From Perkinsus chesapeaki ATCC PRA-425 (lineage: Eukaryota > Protista > Perkinsozoa), in assembly GCA_013115145.1 (NCBI GenBank), contig JAAPAO010000020.1:1-64000 (forward strand): DNA of 64,000 bases, read 5' to 3'. Of the stretch, positions 24,801 through 36,500 are shown in pieces (within the stretch, counting starts at the first letter, position 1; the number at the start of each line of letters is the position of its first letter). The position numbers were made by a program, and so were the translations under genes. The notes beneath the pieces were generated by a model. That model was given only the letters and a program-made list of their open reading frames with translations, was not told the DNA's origin and ran no database searches.

Positions 24801-26774
24801 TCAGAGACTAACACAATACTTCTAGTGGCGATGGAAATGGATAATAATATAGGCCATCCCATAGGCCGATGACCATCAGATGATCGATGCTAGTAGCATA
24901 CTGGGTATTCAACGGGCACATATCACATAAGAAGCTGCAATGGGAGGATCAATCTAATGGAGCTTGCTCAATGGGCTGCTCAAGGATATTTGAAGACTAT
25001 AAGGCGGGTTCGAATAAGTATCTATTTCGAATGTACGGTACAGTTTCATGATGCAAGATACACAATAGGTTGATAGACAACCCTTACCATGGAAGACATC
25101 CTAAGCCTAAGCTGAAATAGATTTCCTTTCATAGACTATGTAACTGACACCATCTCTAATGCGTTCACAGTCCTATCTGTAATGCTACTATATTCCTCCC
25201 ATCGATGCTTATAACGTGGTTCAAGCTAAAGATGCTGCCAGACACATGTAGACGTTCCTTTGGATAACATTCCATGGTCAAGGTGAGGGCATTTCAATCG
25301 AAATCCTCTCACGTCATTTACAACTCAGAATCGATCCCCACATGCTTCATACAGTATACCGTCGAAAGGAGGAGGCAGGTGGTGATGAACACTATTTTTC
25401 TCGCGCGCCACGAAACTCCACTCGCGTGAAGGAGGGCGGAGATAGTCCTTAGGCATCTGATGATGATAACCTCGACAATGATACCAGCTCTGGGTAATAT
25501 GCTCATACCGCTCCTTCATCAGTATTCATCGATCTATGGGTTACCCTCTCAGGTATCTTCACAGTAATTACTCTGTTGGAAGGCAATGAGGATGGTGTCG
25601 TATACAAATCGGATGACATAACGGTAATATATACGTTATCGGATGGTCCTTACTCTATAATGGAGATTGAAAAGTATAGTGGACAGTGAACGGAGTCGCT
25701 GAATTTCACTGCTAATTTGCGCTATCTCCATCGCTTTCAATTACCATGGCGGGACCTTTGCTGTGCTACCTTATCTGTGGCGCTTCGTTGAGCGTTCGAA
25801 TGACGTTTTTATGGTGGCGAGGTCGTCGGCCTGGAGGCTGCCCTCCTCCAGAACCCCTTGAATCAAGACAATCTTAGACGGCCAGAACCGATCAAAACTA
25901 ATTGAGCTAATATTTGGCCGTCATTGCGGCCCGACTTAAAGCTTGAATAAGTACTAAGTAAATCAAAACCTGTGAAAATCAAGGCTAAAATCAAGTGTGA
26001 ATTAGCTCTACAGTATACCATGATCCGTATGAATGCATCACTCGACACTGTTATATGGGTACGGAGTCGCAAGTCTACTTTATACAACGGAGGCTTTGGA
26101 GGGGTCTGTTAGTAAACAATGAGGTGTGCGAACCTACGTACTAAATAATATTAGCATACTGAAGTGATAACCTAGGCTACGGTGAGTACACCATTTAGTT
26201 ACCTATTTCTGGATCAACGGCAGATCTAGATGCCCTACGAGCCAGGATACGGGACCTCGAGAATGGTCCAGCTCGAACGGCTCTCGAAGGTGTTACCGGC
26301 AAACTATTCACTGAAGATATCAAGCGGGAATATAATGGCAGACGGTTATACGATCAGTGGTAGTATCCAACACAGAGGGACTCTGTATAAAGATTTGTAG
26401 GTCGGATGAAGAGGTAGTGGACGGGGAGACAAATTGCACAAAGGATCCTTGCTGTGAGTGGTGGCAGCAGTGTTGGATGTGATCTCTTTACCTAAGCTTT
26501 AATAGGCTTATAGAAATTCCATGCTCTAAAGCAGGCCGGGATCCTGCCAAGTCAGTAATTTCCTTCCCTAATTTAGGCGAGTCTTCGTGTATCCACACGA
26601 AGCGGACCGCTGCATACACCTCTGCCAGCGGTGTATGACTACCCCGTAGGGCCCCATGGGTTACTGCTGTCAGTCTTTAAGGATACCAAACACTTCGATT
26701 GCAATTGCAAAATGAGCATTTGTTTTTCGATCTGCATCGTGATGGAGACCGTGACGATCTCTTCATCGATTAAG

Positions 26775-28748
26775 GTACCAAGTGGATAGCAATTACGACC
26801 ATAGCGGATGCGACACCAGACGGTGTCAAAGTTGCCGCTGATGTGATGCTATCTACGGGGGAGTGGTAGTAGGCGTGGGGCACCGCCTGGCTTGGGTACC
26901 CACCGTAGGTGCATGGTCATTGCCGGGGACAAGAAAGGTCCTAGGGAAATGTGGGCAGATTTGAAACAGCATCCTATGGGATCGATGATAGTCTTCTTGA
27001 GTGATGATGAGCAGGTGGCTGTCGGGGGCGAATTTGCAGTAGGAAGTCGGCCAAGGGGATCGTGAAGACATGGATGTCAGGAGAAGCTACCTTGGAAGCA
27101 TTTTGGGCGGAAAAACGTGGCATACTTGTAGACCTCAAACGAATATTTTTCGAGGACCACGGTTCAACCTAAGATACGCACTGGTTCATGGAGCGGAGAA
27201 AATCCTGGATCTCGATGACGATAATATAGTCTATCCCGATTCCATCGATGACATCACCAATGGCACCTTCACCAGCCGCTGTACCCCCCCCCCCTCCTAC
27301 CCTATCACGCCGCCCACTCTCCCAACAGGTTGTCCAGAAAACCATGCTTACACGGTTTCGCCGACAGCAGCCCGCCCAAGCGTTTTTAACCCCTACAGTG
27401 AGCGGCCAAGGAGCTTTCGTGAGTAGGAGTGTGTTAGGCACAGGAATGGCAAATCTAGAGGGGGAAGTATTGTGGCCGAGAGGCTTCCCTTTGCGATACA
27501 TTAAACGGCCACACGCGACAAGTATAACGAGGCGAATACCGCTGACTGGTGGTGTAGGAGGCTGAGCGCTAAGAGCATGAGTGAAGCTTAGATACACCCA
27601 AGGTCGCTGTGGTGCAGACACTAGCCGACCATGATCCTGATTTCGATGCTATATACAGGCTAACTCGTACCGCTCCTTCCTCAACTCTTAGGTTCACCCC
27701 CCCCCATCAGGCCCACTGCCAGCCGATTTCCATCAGCTAGCCGCACCTGCATTTATCCTTCAGTCAACAGTCTTCACTCCACTTAACGCTCAAGCATGCC
27801 TATTTAAAGACTATGACGCTCTATGGGGCCTCTATCTCCCCGTTACAGTACTCGCGTCACCACCCTCTATCACCACCCACAGTGTCAGGTCCATGGCCGA
27901 GTTAGTGACATCTGGCGTGGTTTCGTAAGACATTAACGATTGTGCCACCAGTAGGGCTGGAACAGGTCCTTCAGAGGCTTCTATGGGACATAGGAGCTTC
28001 GGTGGCAGTAGCTGGGCGAACTTGGGTTAAACAGATTAGAAACTCTCATGACTACCTTGGTGACTTCATTGCTGAGGAGAATGTAGAGATATTGGCAAGG
28101 AGGGGCTGATAGGCAGGCGATAGGTATATGAGAAGTCTGAGGTTATGATGAGATTCCTCACCACGTGGCAGCCGACTGCCAGTAGCACCCCATTCATGTC
28201 CTTCCCGATGCGTATGACAGATACACTGCCCGGCAGGCTAGAGGAAGCCTATATTGAGCTCTTCAGTAGAGGATTTGTAGAGGAAGATGAGGTAGTAGCC
28301 TTGTGCGAGATTACTGCTATTGGCAGCCATTAGGAAGTACCGAGATAATCTCCCTGAATCTCGCTGAAATTTCGGCGAGATTTCATACCTTTATGGTTGG
28401 TATGAAAGTAGGCGTGAAGTTATATGGCGGGGTAGGAAAGTACTTCTTTTCTTATTACCGAAAAGCTGTAAAAGAAGGCGCTTAGAATTTCCCTCATCGA
28501 AAGCCCTTGTTCCTAAGCCCCCTGCACCACCACCTATTAACATGGCCTGTCAGGTCTACCACGTTCAGCGATGGATCAATGCCTTCACATCAGCAGGGTA
28601 TAAGTAATGTCTGCACAGTCCTAATCATACCAAGACAGGTATCGGTGGCCATCAATAGTGGCATTCCATCACGGTAAAGATGCGACTAATGAGACGGGAG
28701 CTGCCCAGGCCCAGCCCAGTGGACCGCCTCCAGCTCACTTCTGCGATG
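26775..28748 (+). CDS. DUF288/STELLO-like (GT75-related) glycosyltransferase-like domain, multi-exon; 5' exons extend upstream; one +1 frameshift at 27697-27704
   Basis: Spliced motifs in family order: KWIAITTI, LPWKHFGRKNVAYL, YALVHGAEKILDLDDDN, VFNPY, LWPRGFPL, VQTLADHDPDFDAIYRL, FTPLNAQ, LWGLYLPVT, RVSDIWRG, QRLLWDIG, QIRNSHDYLGDF, RGFVEEDEVYHVQRWINAFTSAGYRWP. Confidence 0.85.
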
Positions 28749-28875
28749 GTACGTCGTCCAGGGGTGCTCGTCTACTTGCTGCATTTCACGGCGTTTCCGG
28801 GCGTTCTGGGAGTTCACATACGATGAACGCTCGGGAGGTTTTGGATGGCAAGAACCTTTACGGTAGTTATTCCAG

Positions 28876-30476
28876 GCACAACACGTCGAACAGTGCGAGT
28901 ATGGATAACAGGGATCAATGGCATGATAGGCTCCAGTCTTGCCAAGGCTTTGGTACACCGCTGCACCTTAACGCTGTTAGCGGTCCTCCCTTACAGATCG
29001 GCCTTACGAAGGACCCTAATGGCCCATGTTACGCTGTGTTTGGTATGGTACGCTATCGGGCCAATTTGGGCAATCTAGCTGGTGTTATGGACAATGTCAC
29101 TCTTACCTATGGTGATCTTACAGATGCCCAACGAGTTGGCCAGATCGTTCGGGGTAGGTAGGATATGCCGTAGGGGCGGAGGGTTTGGTCAGAGGTCCGC
29201 CCTCATTTGGTGTTCCACTTCGCCGCCCAAGGCATCAATGGGGTATCTTTCCAGTCAGAGTCGTTGACATACAAGTCCAACGTAATGGTGACATACACAC
29301 AGAAATGGAGGACTTGCCTGGTTCAGGTGGAGGGCACATCAAATGTTCTCCAAGCCTTAAGGCGCACTGGAGCTCGGGTTCTAGTCGCCAGCAGTAGTAC
29401 CGTGTACGGCAGTAAGCTGCATTGTGAGCTGTTCGAAAGTTAAGGCGTTAATAGGCACCTCTGATAGCCCTGAGTATATTGGTAAACCCATACCAGAGTC
29501 GGCACCAATGGGACCAGTATCGCCCTATGGTGTCAGTAAGGCGGCCACTGAGATGATATGCCTACAGCAGCATAAGGCCCATGGTACACTATCCAAGATT
29601 GGGCCTGCTGCTGCTGCTGCTCGGAGGCCCCCCTCCTCCTCCACCACCTCGTCAGGCACACACTGTGTGGCAGTACGGCTGTTTATACATGTGTCGCCGG
29701 GCGGGACTGAAGCTCTGGCCCTCCAGGAGTTCTGTCGGCAAGTTGCCATGATCGAAGGAGGGAAGCAGGAACCTGTTATCAAGTCGGACAGCCTTCCGCC
29801 CATTGCGAGTATCGTCCCTAAGGGGATGATGCCTCATCAATTCGATGCTCTCGGATAGACCGCTTCCATAGGGAAACGTCCGTATAACACTATGGCAGGC
29901 ACGGCTCCCTGAGCACCCGACGAGACACTACCGACATAAGGGACTCTGCAATACAGCTTATCAAAGTAACCTGAAGATTAGGTTGCTTGGCATCACCATT
30001 ACCTAGCTCCTGGAGGCCTCCGATCCCGGTGAAGTTTACAATGTAGGGAGTTACCTCCCTGAGACGAGCGACGAGCGAGAGCCAGGCCCGCCACGCCACA
30101 CTGGGGTTTGCTCGTTCGACTTTGTGGTGACGGCAGACTAGTCGCTCAGGTGGTATCCACGGAGGAGCTGCTGCACCTTGTACTGTCCGAATCTCCAATT
30201 GGGGGAAGGATCGAGCTTAGACAGGATGCGAGTCGGATGAGAGCCTATGATGAGGCTGTGCTCATCGCTAATAACACAAAGGTTGAACGTCGCCTTGTCG
30301 ATTGGAAGAGAATAAGAATCTTTCAGCTGCGTAACTTGACTGGGTGGGTGCCGGCCAATGATATACGGCAGACCGTACGGGATGTCCTGGAGTACTGGCG
30401 AGGGGAAGTGTCACGGCGATACCCGGACGCCAAGACAGACCACTGGGAATCATCTGTAGATCCTGACGACCTGTAG
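28876..30476 (+). CDS. NAD-dependent NDP-sugar epimerase/reductase (extended SDR, GMD/RMD-like scaffold), multi-exon; probably the C-terminal domain of the preceding gene
   Basis: VWITGINGMIG (GxxGxxG), YGDLTD, FHFAAQ, ASSSTVYG, SPYGVSK (YxxxK), HGSLSTRRDTTDIRD, GEVYNVG, LTGWVP...VLEYWR. Confidence 0.9.
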
Positions 30477-30815
30477 TCACTAGTTTGCTGCCTCTAATGG
30501 GCGGGTCATGCAATATTGCTGCCGGTAGAGTCTCTAGTTGTATGTGGTGTGGCAGTTGAGTTCAGTTAAAGGTGGCTAGTTCTAAGATGGGGCACACCGT
30601 ACTTGCAGTGGCAATACAGTAGAGTTCCATCTCCAGTTCGCGGATAGCTATCTCTCCAGCTCCTGCGCAGTAATGGCTTCGACTGCGCTTTGATTGGGTC
30701 TAGTATGTCTTGTAGTACTTCCATAACGAATGGCATTGCTTCTGCAGCGCCGAGTGACCCTTCCTCTGCGTCCACTAGGCGCCCGATGTCTGACTGATGG
30801 CCCCCTGCCCAGTCA

Positions 30816-31555
30816 TGGCAAAGCTGTATGGATGTTCAAGGACAAGCCACACACGATGGCTGACAGACGCATACGGCCGTCGACACTTAAGAACAGATCC
30901 ACCCAGAAGAAGTACGTCTTCTAGGGCGGACCGTTGGGCCTACAGCCGGTGATGTCAGTTGGCCCTACCACAAGACCAAGTACTTTTCAAAAACTTTCTA
31001 TCAGACAGACTTCAACAACCCAACTCTCGACAAGTCCAATACGAAGATCCACATTGTTTATGAGCCCTTTGTCGGTAGGCGGCGGCGCTCTCACCAACGA
31101 TGCCTACCAGACCGATCCTCCCTCAGAAACCGATGTCTACTTCACCTTGCGGAATGCCCTCCAGCGTGCCTACCCTGGCATAGGAGTGACAGGTGCGTGA
31201 TAGCTGCACTGGTGTTGTAGAGAGCTGTCAGGTGAGGGCTTCTCGACATCATCGGATAAGGGATGGTTTAAGATCTATCGAATGAATGACAAGAGAGTCC
31301 TCTTCTGCGCACAGCCACAGTCGATGACTCCGGACAAGGTAACTGAGTGCGCCTTTGCAGCTCGAATTGTAGGTCCCTTCAGGCCAAGGAAATGGGCCGG
31401 ACCTATGATAGAGATTCGCCGGTCATTGCCGGGCTCCAGCCAGGTAACTCACGGCATCACTGGCACTCCGACCTAGGCCTTGGCTCATTCCAGATGATTT
31501 AGTGACGGACATGCAAGCTTTCCGTAGACTTCTCATGGCTGTCGGGGAGTGGTGA
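30816..31555 (+). CDS. Rdx/SelW-fold-like protein without a CxxC/CxxU motif, multi-exon (5' start and last splices uncertain)
   Basis: Spliced KIHIVYEPF|TDPPSETDVYFTLRNALQRAYPGIGVT|GEGFSTSSDKGWFKIYRMNDKRVLF and a final DMQAFRRLLMAV helix parallel the SelW beta-alpha-beta-beta-beta-alpha pattern. Confidence 0.45.
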
Positions 31556-31572
31556 CAGAAGCCTGTGCTTCC

Positions 31573-33185
31573 ATGGTGACGTTTCTGCAATCTCGTGGAA
31601 GCCGTTGTGTTTTCCTACACGAGGATCACTTTCCCCTCAGCATGGACAGATCTCATTCCCTTACCCATGTGGTGCCCCAAGAAGATCTCTTACAGCAGCA
31701 GCAGCAGCCGCCCTTGCATGCCGAGCAGCGGCGGCACCCAGTCTTGGAGGAAGGGGGACTGACGAAGTGGGCCGCAGATGCCCGAGCGGCGCTTTCGGCC
31801 TTCAGCGGTTTCTCCAAGAACGTCACGGTCCCCGCGGATCCAACCATGCGGATTGATACACCAGATACTGCTGACGATATCCAGTTCCCCTCCCTCATGA
31901 CCGAGGCGGTTAGAGTCGTTGATCGATGTATTGAAGACGACACCGAGCCGCCCACCTTGGCCGAGCTCCGACAGCAGAGGGCGCGGAGAGTAGAACATCT
32001 CGCCTCGGAGAGACTCAAGCGAAAGCACGGCGGCGGGGAAGGTGTGCAGCCATTCCGTCACGATTATACCGTTCGAGGGACAGTAAGGAAGACTACGCTG
32101 ATCAAAAGGATTAAGAGTGCACTGCCGTCGGAGTACAGTAGTATAGTTAAGAACGCCGAAGAAGATCTTTCTGTTGAGGAGGGCCTGCACAGGATGCCTG
32201 ATAAAAGCGAAGTGATAATATCGGTGGATGTTTACACAACTGATCAGAGGAGTTTCCGACGGAACGACCACTACGAGTCGATAGACATCCTAGGCAGTCA
32301 AACGTTAAAGGAGCTCCGAGACTCCTTCTGCTTCACATGCGATGAACTTTACGATGGTCCGTTCTACGCCAGGTCTGCTTGTTTTGTGATAGGCCATTGG
32401 GTCTATACTGATTTGCCTGATAACCCTGGAAGGCGAGAGAAGTAAGTCAGTCCCTCCGCCACAAGGTGCCCGTGATGATGCTGATTCAGGGTGGTTAATT
32501 ATGAGGAGCATATCCGAAACTGGCTGCGAGTCCATGACGACTCCATCGAGCCTGAAGCACGACAGTCACTCCCCGAGATCCATTTTGCCGAGATGCAATC
32601 GACGACCGTTAGTCAAGCGTAAGCGGCTTTGATGGCGTACCGTTGCAGGATATTTTCGTCAGCGTGGAGCGGCTGTATCGGTTGTCCCCAAATGGCCACT
32701 CCCAGTGTTGCTTCTATCTCCATTATACCGACCAAGAGGAGAGGATCTACTTCACAAATGTCACATTGCTTGACAGTCGTGTACATTCCCTAGTAGGCCT
32801 GTATCACTGCTATGCCTGTTCATCGACAAGTGGCATTCAGATTCGCCAAGTTTACCCGCTGAAGACTTTCCGCCGGCAGAAGCTCAACCTGACTTTATGC
32901 GCGGTTAGTAAGTGTCGTTTAGTCCTATTAATATCTTTGTTGGTCTCAGTTATGCAATGCAGCCTACGCTAACGTTGTGGTGTTGAATGACCCTATACTG
33001 TCCAACAATCCCATGTACTGCTGTCAAAAATGTTACCAACACATTCGGACGGATAGAGACGGAAGGATTATTCCACCAAACTTGAGAGGTAACACCGCTT
33101 GCTTTTCTCCCACTAATAATGGCTCGTCATTGAAGGTCCGGATACAACTGGCCAGGTGGTGAGCACCTTCAGATACGTTCAATAG
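31573..33185 (+). CDS. SNAPC3: snRNA-activating protein complex subunit 3 (SNAP50)-like; ATG at 31573 or 31642
   Basis: LGSQTLKELRDSFCFTCD, SACFVIGHWVYTDL, YPLKTFRRQK, and C-terminal zinc finger NDPILSNNPMYCCQKCYQHIRTDRDG. Confidence 0.8.
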
Positions 33186-33423
33186 TTTAATATTTCTTCT
33201 TATACGTTCAACCTGTTGGGTTTGAAGTAACCTAAAAGCATGCTAATCCAAGAGTTGGTTTATCCAGCATAAGTGGCAAAGTTGGATTCCAACTCTGCCA
33301 ACCAAGTCCTGTTATTCTCGTATATACATGTATCCTATCTCACATACACCATACTCACTCAAACGTGAGTGCGAGCGATGCGTTACCAAAATAAGATGTA
33401 GTTGCGGTTTAGACTGCCAATAT

Positions 33424-33462
33424 TCGAACTCTGAACGAAGATAGTATCTTCGTTTAGTTCGA
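33424..33462. other. Palindromic hairpin in convergent intergenic region
   Basis: TCGAACT-ctg-AACGAAGATA-g-TATCTTCGTT-t-AGTTCGA (10-bp plus 7-bp arms). Confidence 0.85.
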
Positions 33463-33582
33463 CGTCGGAACTTCAAGCATGTGATTCTTCATCTGTGGGA
33501 TGCCGGTCAAGGCATTTGCTCATTAACGCAATAGCAGAGAGAGGGAAACCGAAGCGCGTGATGCTTTTAATTAACCGTAAAG

Positions 33583-36500
33583 TTACCAGTCTGAATCGAC
33601 CACTTCAGAATCCTGATGGCTGGCGAATTCATCCGAGTCCCAACCATCGGGGTTCTCCTCCGCGACTTGGCGGGGCATGTCATTCGTCAGGCCAGAACCA
33701 GCGGCCACACCAGAGCTGGGAGATGGTCCCCTCTCGCTTGTTAATTCTGCAGAGCCATCTTGAATGCCTCCATCGTTGATGTGGCTGTGGGAAGCACTAG
33801 ACGAAAGCCCGATAGATTCGAGTGATGCTTCTCCGGGCGGGGAGGCTGCAATCCTGATCTGACGAGCAAATACTCGAGCCACTCTGTAAATATCTTACAT
33901 GCTGTTCTTTCATATCCACAGCTTCAAGAATATCCTGCCCGCTACTAACACCCGGCGCAGGTCCGTCTGACTTCTTAGGCACTACTGAACCCTCAATAGA
34001 CCGCGCTGAGTCCTGAATGAGTGTGAGCTTCGAATACCTGCAGGTCCACTCACGGCTATAGGGGGGTCCACCTGGACGGTTTTGGTAGGTGGAATAGTGA
34101 AGTCAATTTGATGACTCTCGTTGCCGACACGCGAGTTTGCTATTTTATCTTCTTCGCGAAGACTGCCGACTATCTGGAAGCTTCCAGTGGAGCTGGGAGA
34201 GCTCTTCGTTGGACGTGCGATCTCTTGCTCGTAAGTGTGGTCGTCCTGAAGGACTCAGTTGGTTCTAGTTATGCGCGAATGAACGACAGACACTGGCGCA
34301 CTTTGCGTTCATGCGACGACGAACTTGAAGGAGCAGCAGTCCAGTGAAGCTCAGTCGAGGAGTGACCTCCAATCTCTCTGTTGTCGGGGTGGTTGCTCTG
34401 TTGGCTACTTGCCGGTGAGGAACCAGCTGTTTGAGTAGGAGATTTCCGGATAGACACATGGGACCATCCGGGAGCACCCTTCTCTGAACTTGAAGCCCTC
34501 CCTGGGAGCCCTTTGGCCTTCTCCACCCGCAGCTGCAATTCAAGTTCATCTATCTGAAATGAGAACAATTCGTAATAGCGATCAACAATTCGTAATCCCC
34601 AGTCACCTTATCGAGCAGGAGTTGCCTCTCCTCCTCAGCAAGAGCAAGGTGCTGATTTGCTTCCAGTTGTGCCGCTTGAACACTCTGCAAGCGAGCCTAC
34701 TGCAGAACATCTACACACTAGTATGGGAACTTCCCATTGGGAAGTTCGGAGTGCTACTACCTTCCAGGCTTGTAGCTTAGCCTTCTCTCTTTCGGCTTCT
34801 GCCAAGGCCTCCCTCGCCTGTCGCTTTTCTACCTCGACTTCAGCCCTCATACGAGAGCATGCAGCCTCAACCTGCACTCAGACTAAAATGATCGTAGAAT
34901 TGATAATCGTATGATTGCATATCATTTGTAAAATAACTTGCAATTCGATAAGCCAAACGACCCCAGCAATGTGGCCAGGAGTGACTTGCCGCTAACCCGG
35001 AGGAGAGTCGGAATTCTGGTACTTACGTACTTGCTCGTGGCTCTTACCTCTTTTTGCTTATCTACGGCAAGTTTATCTCTCAAGGCAGCCACAGAATCAA
35101 CTTGATGTTTGATCTCCAGAGCTTTACCTTGCATCTCAGCCTCCCGTGCAGTAACTACCACATTGTTCTCTACAGCGACTTGCATTCGTAAGTCCCACCA
35201 TTCACGGTATCAATGGGGACTTTAGGGGACAACAGCGGGGCCTACGCGACTTTAGTTTTTCCTTGAAGGACTCTCGTTCCGACTCCAGCTCCCTCAGCAA
35301 TCGATCCTTGGCTGATATTTCTCGCCTCTCCAGCTCGGTCTCTCTCTTCCTCAACTTGTCAATCTGATAAAGTGTTTTCCGACTACTATCATCATCACTG
35401 CACAACACCTCAGCATGTTGCTCTTTAACCTCTTCAAGGCGTCTCTTGGTGATCGTCAGCTCATGATCGATCCTCTCATTAGCTCGTCTGTCGGTCTCTA
35501 TCGTGGCCTAAGATAATTGTCGCCAGTCGGGCTCGGGCAAGTGTGATAAGGAGGACCTCTAAAACACGGCTCTGTCTTCGCGCTTCCTGTAGGCTTTCTT
35601 GCAATTGCTCCACTTGCGCTGCCAATGAATCCCGTTCCTTTTCAACAGTCATTAATTGTTGTCCAGTACTCATGTGGGTGGTGTGGACCGACTGTAGACG
35701 AACCTACTGTTCAATGCTGGCCTTCGCTTGCACAGGTACTCGTTGGATGTGACCTGCTCGCTATCTAGACATGCCCTCATCCTGTCAATTTCATTCTGTT
35801 TGTCAACCAATGAGCGCCGTTCAGCTTCCATCTCTGCCCTTAGCTTTAGGGTGGCAAGCTCGACCTGAACGACGAAACGGAAAGGATGAAACACCCACCG
35901 TGGGGCTCGAACCCACGACCACGAGGTTAAGAGCCTCGCGCTCTACCGACTGAGCTAGACGGGCAACTTGGTCTATTAGATCAGGCGACTCCGTATAGAG
36001 ACCCACACCGCCCATAAAGCACTGCACGATCACACCCATTTACTTCTTTATTTTTCAGGTCTTCGAATTGTTGCCTAACAGTCCGTAATTTATCCTCTCT
36101 CTCCTGGACTTCACGCTTCATTGCCTCAATCCTCCTCTCCAACTGCCCCAGTTCACTTTCCCTCGCGGCCACTAACATTAAACCATCACAACCCCCTCAT
36201 CCTACCATCCCTCACATGCGCGGGCCTTCTCTCGTACGGCGATGCGTTCATTCTCGAGCTCTCGAAGCAGCGACTCTTTCGTCGATATAGCTCGTCGATC
36301 AAGTTCGGCTTCTTTCATTCGCAGCCGATCAACCTGTTGAGGGCCTCAACTAAACATATAAACCCGAAGTTCCCCCACCGTCCGTTGCTCCTGTATTCTG
36401 AATTTCGCTTCGCGTTCTTTGGCTTCTCTCTCCAAGTCCTCCCGAGCTGCGCGTAGCTCGGTTCGCAACTGCGCTGCGGCTTCCAGTCGAGCATTGGGGA

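Noticed and set aside
24650-25020. WD40-like fragments (HRTVVWTVAWS, SGDGNG)
   Set aside because: Short, frame-broken and too weak to call
30785-30800. TGA upstream of the Rdx-like domain as selenocysteine
   Set aside because: It is not at the CxxU position, the frame is uncertain, and no SECIS was recognised
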